DNA of 50,407 bases from Candidatus Dadabacteria bacterium (lineage in GTDB: Bacteria; Desulfobacterota_D; UBA1144; Nemesobacterales; UBA2774), in assembly GCA_020054175.1 (NCBI GenBank), contig JAGVLR010000186.1, forward strand, positions 1-50,407. The letters run 5' to 3'. Shown here in pieces: positions 20,638 to 28,661 of this stretch. The notes under the pieces are model-generated. The model was not told the origin of the DNA, searched no databases, and worked only from the letters and a program-made list of their open reading frames with translations. The position numbers and the translations under genes are program-made. Position 1 is the stretch's first letter. Each line of letters opens with the position of its first letter.

Positions 20638-21221
20638 TGTTTTGCCCCTGCCTTTTCTCTTGCACGCTCTATGTCTCGTGCGATATCAACGAGCGGGGTC
20701 TGCTGCACCCTGCGCCTGGCCTCTTCGAGCTCCAGCTTCTCGCCTGGGATGTTCCCTACTCTCACAACGTCTACAAATTTCTTGATATTCTTTGCGAGGA
20801 AAATCCATGTTGGGCCGGAGGGGAAAAACTCCATCATTGGCATGAAGTAATAATCCCTCTTCGTCTCCCATTCTTTTAAGGCGTTGCGAAACCTTTCTAC
20901 AAGCTCGGGATCGTAGGTCTCCGCAACGCCTTCATCGTAATCATAAAGTCTGTTTTTAGTAATCCCCAGCATGAAAGCAACATTCTCTTTGGTCGAAAGT
21001 CCCATGAAGGATAGGAAGATTTTGCGACGGGTTATTCCGCTTATCTGTCTCCCGAAGTTGACGGCCTCAAACGGATTCCAGCCTGCAACCAAGTCCTCAA
21101 GCTTCTGGCAGAGCTCAGGGGTAAGCTTGCTCGGCCGACCGCCTTTGTTCTTGCCCTTATCGGCTTCGTCGACCGGGACAGCTACAAGAACCTTCCCCCT
21201 TTTCCCTTTCCTTACCGGCAT
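20634..21221 (-). CDS. terS: Terminase small subunit
   Basis: GGRPSKLTPE motif and WIFLAKN; overlaps the terL start. Confidence 0.75.
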   Translation of the reverse strand: MPVRKGKRGKVLVAVPVDEADKGKNKGGRPSKLTPELCQKLEDLVAGWNPFEAVNFGRQISGITRRKIFLSFMGLSTKENVAFMLGITKNRLYDYDEGVAETYDPELVERFRNALKEWETKRDYYFMPMMEFFPSGPTWIFLAKNIKKFVDVVRVGNIPGEKLELEEARRRVQQTPLVDIARDIERAREKAGAKH

Positions 21222-21249
21222 ATATCCCTCATATCAAGTATATTCGTTT

Positions 21250-21376
21250 CAGGCGCGAGGGGCAAGGATTGCGTTTCCACAACCCCTGCGCCCTGTTTTA
21301 TATGTCAGGTTATGCCTTGTCCGGCCTCGTCTCGTCTAGGCGCGTCTGGTACTGTCAGGGCCAGTCTTGCCATGCC
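21250..21376 (-). ncRNA. Pentamer-repeat tract 2 (15 units) with a 3' GNRA hairpin; candidate guide RNA
   Basis: GGCAT GGCAA GACTG GCCCT GACAG TACCA GACGC GCCTA GACGA GACGA GGCCG GACAA GGCAT AACCT GACAT (21376-21302), then stem CAGGGGTTGTG-GAAA-CGCAATCCTTG. Confidence 0.7.
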
Positions 21377-21411
21377 ATTAATTTTTTATCGACCCTCCCC
21401 TCATCAAGTAT

Positions 21412-21466
21412 TCGTGTTGTCTCGTCGTGTCAGGTCTTATCTCGTCATGTCAGGGTTCGGCGTGCC
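21412..21466 (-). repeat. Pentamer-repeat tract 1 (11 units); candidate guide RNA
   Basis: GGCAC GCCGA ACCCT GACAT GACGA GATAA GACCT GACAC GACGA GACAA CACGA, starting 2 nt after the RAMP-like gene stop. Confidence 0.7.
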
Positions 21467-21468
21467 CT

Positions 21469-22101
21469 TTAATCTAGTATTTCAAACTCTCCCCAGCCAC
21501 AACCAAAGCCTTTAGGCGAATTATGCCGACCGGTCCCGATTCCAACCTGCTGCCCTACGCGCAGTAACAAGTTTGCTATATCGGCATGAGTAAACTGGTC
21601 AGCATCGAAGCGGATTTTTACTACCGCTTCCCAGCCCGGCTCCCACATAGGCATAGGCCGTAAATCGACGTTCCCATTCGCGTTAGGCATAGGCTGGCAG
21701 TGATATCTCGGCTCGCCCTTCGTAATCTTCACAAGCGGCGTACCGTCAGATTCGAAGCCATCTGCCATGATGAAGACGGACAGTTTGGCCCGCGTCATTA
21801 CAAAACCTACTAGCCGACAGCAGTCTATGAGAGCATTCCGGAATGCGGCGCAGGGGATACCTGCCCAGCCCTGAGTAGCGCGGTGTATCGCGTTCCTATA
21901 TGCCGCCATAAAGTCTTTTGGTTCCCGCTTCTTTCCCTTCTTGGCGGTCGAGCCGGCCTCCTGGGTCTTCTGTATAGCCTCCTTCGCTGCCTCGGAAAAT
22001 TTCTGATGGACATAGGGCGTAGTACCTTTTATCTTAAACTCCGCTACTTGTATATTCGGCGGCGATATTAATACTTCCATCTTCTCTGCTGCTAATCCCA
22101 C
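21469..22101 (-). CDS. RAMP/Cas7-like protein (Vipr-like effector candidate)
   Basis: 210 aa; N-terminal strand with IKGTTPY, GIPCAAFRNAL helix, C-terminal Gly-rich loop GQQVGIGTGRHNSPKGFGCGWGEFEI; flanked by pentamer tracts; GTG after GGAGG. Confidence 0.7.
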   Translation of the reverse strand: MGLAAEKMEVLISPPNIQVAEFKIKGTTPYVHQKFSEAAKEAIQKTQEAGSTAKKGKKREPKDFMAAYRNAIHRATQGWAGIPCAAFRNALIDCCRLVGFVMTRAKLSVFIMADGFESDGTPLVKITKGEPRYHCQPMPNANGNVDLRPMPMWEPGWEAVVKIRFDADQFTHADIANLLLRVGQQVGIGTGRHNSPKGFGCGWGEFEILD

Positions 22102-22120
22102 GATACACCTCCATAAAAGT

Positions 22121-22175
22121 TGGTTTTGTTAAGTCTCGTCGGGGCACGTCTTGCCTTGTCGCACCTTGGCGCGTC
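22121..22175 (-). repeat. Pentamer-repeat tract 3 (9-11 units) in the 5' UTR of the RAMP-like gene
   Basis: GACGC GCCAA GGTGC GACAA GGCAA GACGT GCCCC GACGA GACTT (AACAA AACCA), then the RBS. Confidence 0.65.
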
Positions 22176-22663
22176 TAGGATAATTTTTCATTTCGCGCAG
22201 TCTTCTTCACGTCTTCCATGCTCTCAAAAACCCCTACCAGCTCAAGAAGGTTTTTGTGCCTCTCCTGCCAGCGGTCAAACTCAGATATGGCCTGTTGTAA
22301 CATTTGCGCCCGCAAGTCCCTATTCCCGAGTATGTCGTTTATCGACCTGTAACCGCCGTCAGCGCCCCGGTCGGGGACAAGGCTGAGATAGACCCTGGCT
22401 TCCTTGCCGGAATCGATACCCGGCATAGTTACCATCTGTATCAGCCTTCGAGCTTGCCAAAGCCTGTAGAGGTGCCCGGCTTTGACGTTGTTCCATTCGA
22501 AGTGTTCATGCAATACGCTCTCGGGCTCCTTCGCCATAGCTACAACCGCCTCGGTTGAAAGCAACCCGCCGTTCGCCAACCTGATTCGCTCAAGCTCCGC
22601 GGTGACGATCTCCAACCTCGATACCGCGCCTACTTCTTGAGATGCCTTAGCCAAGCTCTGCAT
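22175..22663 (-). CDS. Helical accessory protein of the RAMP/pentamer-repeat module
   Basis: 162 aa; VV..AK.PES.LHEHFEW..AGHLYRLWQARRLI motif; strong RBS; directly upstream of tract 3 and the RAMP-like gene. Confidence 0.6.
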   Translation of the reverse strand: MQSLAKASQEVGAVSRLEIVTAELERIRLANGGLLSTEAVVAMAKEPESVLHEHFEWNNVKAGHLYRLWQARRLIQMVTMPGIDSGKEARVYLSLVPDRGADGGYRSINDILGNRDLRAQMLQQAISEFDRWQERHKNLLELVGVFESMEDVKKTARNEKLS

Positions 22664-22729
22664 GCTTAATACCTCCTGTTTTTAGATATATCACCGTCTT
22701 TAATGCCGCCTCCTAGTACTCGTTGAACG

Positions 22730-22978
22730 TCATTCCGCCCTCGCGGGTTTCATCTCTACTATCGTTGATTTGTCGTCATCGACCTTGATATTGATACGGC
22801 AGTCAGCATCCGTGCGCGTGAGGTAGATATGCGTGTGACCTTCATGAGCGTCTATGGACATCCACGATATACCTTCGGTGATCAGATATATGCCGTGCTC
22901 GCGCTCTATGTCGAGCAGGTTACGCTCGATCTTCTTACCGCCCAAGCCGAATGTGACAACTGATATGGTTAATTTCAT
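22730..22978 (-). CDS. Hypothetical protein
   Basis: 82-aa ORF with AGGAG RBS. Confidence 0.5.
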   Translation of the reverse strand: MKLTISVVTFGLGGKKIERNLLDIEREHGIYLITEGISWMSIDAHEGHTHIYLTRTDADCRINIKVDDDKSTIVEMKPARAE

Positions 22979-22996
22979 GTATATTCTCCTGGTTGT

Positions 22997-23416
22997 TTAT
23001 GGTGCTCCGTCTGCGCCTCGGCAAAGCTTCACCTTGCATTCGCAGTCGTTAAATCCGTCGTCCGTCGGTCGGCAGATTATTCCTTGGAAGCAAATGCGAA
23101 GCCCGGCGACTGCCTGTTCCAGACATGTGTATCTATACTTGATCGACACCCATGCATCGCCGGGCTCTATTGTTGGGACGTCGTCTACAGTCCAGCTTTG
23201 AGGATTGTCGAGGTCTCCCTCAAATTTCAAAATCTCGGTTTCTTCGTCCGTAAGCATTGTCCAAGGCGGCGGCTCGAAAGTGTGGCGTTCGACCTCGAAG
23301 CGATTATGCGATATCGGGTCAGGTGTGTTGAAGTGCTCGCCAATGAAGTGTATTGCGGCCACCAACAATATCGCTCCAATCCCGGCAAAAATCACGATCC
23401 GCTTTTTCTCACTCAT
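22997..23416 (-). CDS. Membrane-anchored hypothetical protein with a Cys-containing C-terminus
   Basis: N-terminal hydrophobic helix; RBS. Confidence 0.55.
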   Translation of the reverse strand: MSEKKRIVIFAGIGAILLVAAIHFIGEHFNTPDPISHNRFEVERHTFEPPPWTMLTDEETEILKFEGDLDNPQSWTVDDVPTIEPGDAWVSIKYRYTCLEQAVAGLRICFQGIICRPTDDGFNDCECKVKLCRGADGAP

Positions 23417-23446
23417 TCCTTTCTCCTTCCCGCCTAGCGGACGGGG

Positions 23447-23698
23447 TTAATTCCAATCATCCAAAATCGCGTACCGATGGAAACCACAGGCCCTAGGATT
23501 CGGACATATAATAGAACCTGGGACTTTTCCCTCTTTATCTATCTTCCTAGGATTGCCCTCGTTATTGTTTAAGACATAAATAAATCCACAGTCCGGGCAA
23601 GTAAGAACCAAATCCTCGAATCCGTCTTGGCTTATCTGCCACGTACCCTTTGCAAAATCAGCATCGGTAGATTTGCGAAAATGGAAGGTGTCAACCAT
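23447..23698 (-). CDS. Small Zn-binding hypothetical protein
   Basis: CPDC ... CPNPRACGFH. Confidence 0.55.
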   Translation of the reverse strand: MVDTFHFRKSTDADFAKGTWQISQDGFEDLVLTCPDCGFIYVLNNNEGNPRKIDKEGKVPGSIICPNPRACGFHRYAILDDWN

Positions 23699-23856
23699 TA
23701 TTCCTCTCCTGCCCCTACGGGGGTGAAAAATCCAATCGCACCACCACCGTTACAACGGCAGCATCGCCACTGTATAACTTCGCCGGATTCCTGTGTGTAA
23801 ATTACCCCGCGTCCGCAGCAGTCAGGGCAAGGTATCGGTGTTTCCTTCTCGCTCAT
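23698..23856 (-). CDS. Small DnaJ-type zinc-finger protein (52 aa, not in the ORF track)
   Basis: Manual translation contains CPDCCGRG and CCRCNGGG; overlaps both neighbours at start and stop codons. Confidence 0.5.
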   Translation of the reverse strand: MSEKETPIPCPDCCGRGVIYTQESGEVIQWRCCRCNGGGAIGFFTPVGAGEE

Positions 23857-24157
23857 TTCTCCTCCGCTGGATTCCATCGGTATATTTCGCCAGTACTCCC
23901 GACTTCTACAATCTCCCCGCGCTTGGCCATGTTGCGGACCTGCTGCTTGGAAAACGAGCGCCTACCAAAAGTGTCGCGCTCATTCTCGGGGTCGTAGGTG
24001 TAGAAGGTCTGCATTTTAGGCTCGTATTTAAGGAACCATCCGTCCCGGAGCATCTCTACCCCTGTGCGCTTATCTGTGATGATGCTTGTCACGAGCGGTC
24101 CACCTCCGGGGTGTAGGGGGCGGGCTTTTCCATGAACGCCCTTACGCCGGTGCATCC

Positions 24158-24508
24158 CTATGTATCGGGGCCACCTTTTGTTCTACTGCTATTCTCCCAG
24201 TAAGCGGATGTTTGTACTTTATGAACCGTCCTTCCGCCGCTGACAAAAGTACGCGAGACGAGATATTCCCCGTGGCCGCCTTGTGGTATGTTTGCAGGGA
24301 AGGGCTTCCACGTCAACGCTTCCCGGGTGCGGCGGAGGGTGTTGCTCGTCTCGACAAGTGTGTCATGAACCCTCACATATTGTGTCTCGTCCATTACACA
24401 CATCTTCTGCAAATTCGACCACATAGTGATTGCATCTTGTACGACTGACACAGCATGAGCAATGTCCGCTTCGCGGTTCTCAATCTCCTTCACAAGTTCA
24501 CTCGCCAT
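24158..24508 (-). CDS. Hypothetical protein
   Basis: 116-aa ORF in a tightly packed operon. Confidence 0.5.
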   Translation of the reverse strand: MASELVKEIENREADIAHAVSVVQDAITMWSNLQKMCVMDETQYVRVHDTLVETSNTLRRTREALTWKPFPANIPQGGHGEYLVSRTFVSGGRTVHKVQTSAYWENSSRTKGGPDT

Positions 24509-24827
24509 CGGGGGCCTCCTTCGGCAGTGTCTTGAATTTTCTTAGCAGGTCTTTGTTCGCTTCCCATGCGTTGTATTCATCAAGCCTACTCTCCACGCTA
24601 CGAATAAATAGAAAAAGTTCTCCGCACTCTTTTTCCAACTCCTCCACACGCGCTTCGAGGGCGGCGAGGGCTTCCAAGACACACTTCATATCCTTCCCGT
24701 CCCAATAGTGAAGGTCTTTAATACCCGGCAACTTTTCGGCCTCATAAAGACGGGAGAATCGTCCTATAAACTCGTTTACTGTCTCCCGAGCATCTGTCAC
24801 CTTCTCTTTCAGCGTTTTCTCTGGCAT
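24498..24827 (-). CDS. Hypothetical coiled-coil protein
   Basis: 109-aa ORF abutting the methyltransferase stop. Confidence 0.5.
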   Translation of the reverse strand: MPEKTLKEKVTDARETVNEFIGRFSRLYEAEKLPGIKDLHYWDGKDMKCVLEALAALEARVEELEKECGELFLFIRSVESRLDEYNAWEANKDLLRKFKTLPKEAPDGE

Positions 24828-26132
24828 TTAGTCCTCCTGCAATTCCTTCCATCTTGAGATAATCCTCGCTATCACGTTCGTACTGACAGCGTTTCCGAGG
24901 CACTTGTAGCGCTGCGTATCCGAGATTTCGACTCTACCCCCCCCCTCATCTATGCCCCATTCTGTCCACCTGTCAGGGAAACCTTGAAGGCGCTCACATT
25001 CCATGGGGGTCAGGCGACGGATACGGCGTTTCCATTCCGGGGTCGGTTCCTTCGAGGGCTTGCCATCTATGAGTTCCCTTTCGCCCTTCTGGAGGTATCC
25101 GCCAGAGGTAACGGCGTTAGCGGTTTCCGTAAGCACCGAGGGGATATTGTTAATGCCGGGGCCGCCGGAACCGTGCGCAACAAGTGTTGGACATATACCA
25201 TCCTGTCTAATACGAAACCCCTTATCTCCTTGGTAATCAGCGATTTGGACAGTCTGATAGTTCCTGCTCGCGTTCGCACGAATCGTTCCCGCATCTTCGC
25301 GATAAAAAGCCTCGCCGCTCTTATTTTCAATTCTGATTAGTGGCTCAAATATCAGCTTGTCCATGTCCGCCCTGTCGAATGCGTTTACTCCTCGGGTGTC
25401 AAGGCATCCCGAAGTGTTTTTGCCTCGTCCTCTAACAACGCTCCATTCTCGTATCTCCGAAGAATCCCCTCCATCGCCTTGCCAGACAGGAAATACTTCG
25501 GGTCCACATTCTCCTCCAAAACGTCCCGCAATGAAGATTCTTTCTCGGTTCTGCGGAAGTCCGTAGTCCTTAGTATTAAGAACTTGCCATGAGACTCGAT
25601 AGCCAAGGTCGGAGAGAACTCCAATAATGGCGACGATAGTTTTTCTATCGTCATGACTAAGTAGGCCCTCCACGTTTTCGAGTAGAAAATATCGGGGTCG
25701 CTTGTGCTCAAGAACCCGAGCGATTTCAAAAAATAATGTTCCTCTTGCATCCATAAATCCGGCTCTTTTTCCAGCAATGCTAAAAGCCTGGCACGGGAAT
25801 CCGCCGACAAGGAGGTCGAAGTCGGGGAGCTCTCGGGGATTAAGCTTAGTTGCGTCCCCGAAGTTTTTATGTTCGGGGAAGTGGCCGCGGTAGATTGCGG
25901 AGGCATATTTGTCAATTTCGGAGTATCCAATACATACTGCCCGCCGCCACCCAGGCTCGGCAAGGCAAACGCCTCGTTTTTCTTCCATAGTGGACCACTC
26001 TCCCCCGAACTGTATTTCAGGCTCGGCCTGTCGGGATTCCGGGTTTGCTGATTTAGTACCCATATATCCAAATGCTTCTTCAATCCCCACCTCGAAACCG
26101 CCTATTCCCGAGAACATGCTGAAATATTTCAA
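24828..26132 (-). CDS. dcm: DNA (cytosine-5)-methyltransferase
   Basis: Motif I FSGIGG, IV GGFPCQAFS, VI ENVEGL, VIII QNRERIF, IX RRLTPMECERLQGFP, X YKCLGNAV. Confidence 0.95.
   Translation of the reverse strand: MKYFSMFSGIGGFEVGIEEAFGYMGTKSANPESRQAEPEIQFGGEWSTMEEKRGVCLAEPGWRRAVCIGYSEIDKYASAIYRGHFPEHKNFGDATKLNPRELPDFDLLVGGFPCQAFSIAGKRAGFMDARGTLFFEIARVLEHKRPRYFLLENVEGLLSHDDRKTIVAIIGVLSDLGYRVSWQVLNTKDYGLPQNRERIFIAGRFGGECGPEVFPVWQGDGGDSSEIREWSVVRGRGKNTSGCLDTRGVNAFDRADMDKLIFEPLIRIENKSGEAFYREDAGTIRANASRNYQTVQIADYQGDKGFRIRQDGICPTLVAHGSGGPGINNIPSVLTETANAVTSGGYLQKGERELIDGKPSKEPTPEWKRRIRRLTPMECERLQGFPDRWTEWGIDEGGGRVEISDTQRYKCLGNAVSTNVIARIISRWKELQED
25385..26083 (-). CDS. Alternative-frame ORF nested in the methyltransferase gene
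   Basis: 232 open codons on the same strand, ending in ESSLRDVLEENVDPKYFLSGKAMEGILRR. Confidence 0.45.
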   Translation of the reverse strand: MKKHLDIWVLNQQTRNPDRPSLKYSSGESGPLWKKNEAFALPSLGGGGQYVLDTPKLTNMPPQSTAATSPNIKTSGTQLSLIPESSPTSTSLSADSRARLLALLEKEPDLWMQEEHYFLKSLGFLSTSDPDIFYSKTWRAYLVMTIEKLSSPLLEFSPTLAIESHGKFLILRTTDFRRTEKESSLRDVLEENVDPKYFLSGKAMEGILRRYENGALLEDEAKTLRDALTPEE

Positions 26133-26779
26133 TCACTTTCCACCTTGCTTACGGTCAGCCCGAGGCGGACGCGAGCTTCGCCGATGATTTTCTTCATAGT
26201 GCCGAAATCAGTCTCAACGTCCTCATCTGAAAGCGCCACCAGCGTCATTTCGCAGGGCTCGTCGCTGAAGAATCCGTGCTCCCACTCATTCGCAAGGAAA
26301 TATTCAACCGCACTATAAGGGGTATCCAGCAATTCCTCAACGTCTCCACCCTCATTCCTGAATCCCCACCACTCCGCCTTCACCTTCGACTTCTTGCGGG
26401 TGACGGTGAGCTGTGAAGCCTTCATCTTGCAATCCGCGTCGTACTCAAACTCCCACTCGCTCAAATCAAACTCGTATCTATCTTCCTTCATATCCTTCTC
26501 CTTCTTCGCTGCGTTCAGCTCCGCAATGGCCGCCTTCACCAGAGGCCAGTCGGCGAGGGGGATGCGAATATCACGGTTGTCCATATGTTCACAACCACCC
26601 CAAACATAAAGGGCGTTCTCTAGTTCGTAATAACGAGGACTTCCCACCGATGCCAATCGCACTCCATTACGTGCCGTGAACGCATCGAACCCCCTCTCCC
26701 TCTGGCACGTAATCCGAATAACGACAGTCTCCGCGTCCTCCGGGGTTAACAGTTCGTATGTGAGAAAGGGGGTATTCAT
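26129..26779 (-). CDS. Hypothetical protein
   Basis: Likely ATG at 26779, overlapping the upstream stop. Confidence 0.5.
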   Translation of the reverse strand: MNTPFLTYELLTPEDAETVVIRITCQRERGFDAFTARNGVRLASVGSPRYYELENALYVWGGCEHMDNRDIRIPLADWPLVKAAIAELNAAKKEKDMKEDRYEFDLSEWEFEYDADCKMKASQLTVTRKKSKVKAEWWGFRNEGGDVEELLDTPYSAVEYFLANEWEHGFFSDEPCEMTLVALSDEDVETDFGTMKKIIGEARVRLGLTVSKVESD

Positions 26780-27009
26780 AGAGGCTCCCAGAAGATCGTT
26801 ATTTGCACCGCCTTGAGTTTCAGGTCTCGTTTGAGCTGAGTCCAAGAGAGATACCCGGTAGTCCGCTTAATCTGATCGATGGCATCTTTTTTAGAACGCC
26901 GTATTGTAAAGTGGCACAGCACCCAACCACTGCTCAAATGCTCGGCGATAGCCCATGCTGTTTGTTCTTTCATCTTCCCTCCCTCACATCAGCTCTATGC
27001 ACTTCTCGC

Positions 27010-27588
27010 TTAGTACGGTTCATCCAGTTCTTTTATACCTATCTCGATTAGCAATGCGAACGACCGGTTCAACCAGCCCGTAATAAATTTCACCTGCGAC
27101 GGCGAGTTCGCAATCCTGCGGTTGTAGAATCTGATTCTGTGTAGCTGGAACTCGCGGAGAAGCGTCCGCAGATTGTCGTCGCCGCTTGCCAACGCCATCT
27201 TCGTTTCACCAAGCGTGCCGGGGCCTATATCGCCATCTACCTGCCAGGGACGGCCGTTCGCGGCATTGACGCGGTAGTATCCAAGCGACCGGAGCGACCG
27301 TTGCAGGAACTTCGCTCCTCGGCCAACACCCATATTGAACGCTGCATCCCAGACCAGAACGTCTATCGGATACGGCAGGTCGTCGCATCGGCACTTGTCC
27401 CAGTATTCACGTCGAGCTATCTGTTGAGCCTGATGCTCCGTGAGATTTCGCACATCTACGGTTGGATGGAAAACTTGGGCGATTCCCCATTTCGTCGTAC
27501 CTCCAGGGTCTCCGGGCACGGTATGAACCTTGCCGCCCCCTTCCCACATCATCGTGAACCGCCATGCCCGGCTGAACGATTCTTTCAT
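27010..27588 (-). CDS. Glycoside hydrolase family 108 lysozyme (endolysin-like)
   Basis: WEGG, DPGGTTKWGI, YWD, DAAFNMG, VDGDIGPGT and FITGWLNR motifs. Confidence 0.92.
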   Translation of the reverse strand: MKESFSRAWRFTMMWEGGGKVHTVPGDPGGTTKWGIAQVFHPTVDVRNLTEHQAQQIARREYWDKCRCDDLPYPIDVLVWDAAFNMGVGRGAKFLQRSLRSLGYYRVNAANGRPWQVDGDIGPGTLGETKMALASGDDNLRTLLREFQLHRIRFYNRRIANSPSQVKFITGWLNRSFALLIEIGIKELDEPY

Positions 27589-28364
27589 TTGTGAGTCCCC
27601 AATATTGGCTCCGTGAACGCTTTTTCAACGGGCCATACTTTGAGACGGGAACTGAGGGTTGCGCGAGAAATTCCCAATTCAATAGCCCAATCCGATAGAA
27701 CCATTTCCCGGCCTTGGTATTTGATTACAATGTTTGACCTTCGATTTCGAGATTGTTCGGCATTTGTAGCCCACTTGCAGTTATCGGGAGAATAGCCTTC
27801 GTCGTTTTTGATTCGCTCGATCATAGCTTGTTTGAATGGCTTACGGCCCATATCGGCGAGGAAGTTTTCAAAAGAATTAAGCCAACGCTCGTAGACCGTA
27901 ATACCGCGACCGCCATAGTTTTTATAGGACTTATTCCGTGGATTACAACAGCGGCTTTTTATATGACACCAGACAACATACTCTGGACTATATCGACCTT
28001 GCCCACGTTTCTCTCCATGCTTCGTGTTTGCTTGGCAGGCAATTTCATCCCGGAGGCACCCACAGGATTTCGACTTCCCGGAGCGCAGGTTGGAAAGAGC
28101 AACGATCTTCTCCGTCCCGCAATCGCAGAGGCATAGGTAGTGTCTACGTGTCCCTTTGCGTTCCACTTCTCGAAGCATCGTCCAGTAGTGAATCTTTCTA
28201 CCGGCGAAATCCTCTCCCTTGAAATGCAAATGTGGTTTTGTTGACTTGGCTGCACATCGAAGGTCGCAATGCTTCCTTTTCTTAAATAGAGAGGGTGCCT
28301 CTAGTTGCCCTTTTGTATTGACCTTCCGGTGTAATTGTTTTCCGCAATAATTGCATGTACTCAT
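27585..28364 (-). CDS. HNH-like phage endonuclease
   Basis: CLCDCG, KSCGC, YGGRGI, FENFLADMG, ERIKNDEGYSPDNCKWAT. Confidence 0.8.
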   Translation of the reverse strand: MSTCNYCGKQLHRKVNTKGQLEAPSLFKKRKHCDLRCAAKSTKPHLHFKGEDFAGRKIHYWTMLREVERKGTRRHYLCLCDCGTEKIVALSNLRSGKSKSCGCLRDEIACQANTKHGEKRGQGRYSPEYVVWCHIKSRCCNPRNKSYKNYGGRGITVYERWLNSFENFLADMGRKPFKQAMIERIKNDEGYSPDNCKWATNAEQSRNRRSNIVIKYQGREMVLSDWAIELGISRATLSSRLKVWPVEKAFTEPILGTHK

Positions 28365-28436
28365 ATTATTCTCCCCACTCGAAGTATCGCCTGTAGCCCT
28401 CGTAAAACTCCTTCCGCCTAACGTCCATGTTGGGGT

Positions 28437-28661
28437 TCATTCGTGCGCCTCCTTGAAAGCCTTTCGTTTCATCTCCGCCGTACAGTCGCAGTCCATATCG
28501 CCGCAAGCCCCGCAATACTTCCCGTTCAGATAATTGTTATAGACCACACTTTCGCAATCCGGACAGAGAAAGGTTTCTTCGCCGTACGAGGTCATTTGCT
28601 TTAACGGGAATCCCCGCTTGCACTCAGAACACCCCACTAGAGTTTGTAGTCGCTCGCTCAC
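28437..28661 (-). CDS. Small Cys-rich protein
   Basis: Three CxxC motifs. Confidence 0.5.
   Translation of the reverse strand: MSERLQTLVGCSECKRGFPLKQMTSYGEETFLCPDCESVVYNNYLNGKYCGACGDMDCDCTAEMKRKAFKEAHE

Noticed and set aside
21269..21515. Short plus-strand ORFs over the pentamer tracts (also 22120..22386)
   Set aside because: Low-complexity S/R/C/L translations produced by the 5-nt repeat; no RBS; antisense to the operon
21412..22175. NNx-decoded peptides of tracts 1 and 3 loosely resemble HU/IHF segments (TELIEKL, AKKVP.FK)
   Set aside because: The decoding is degenerate and these residues are common; unsupported without a database search
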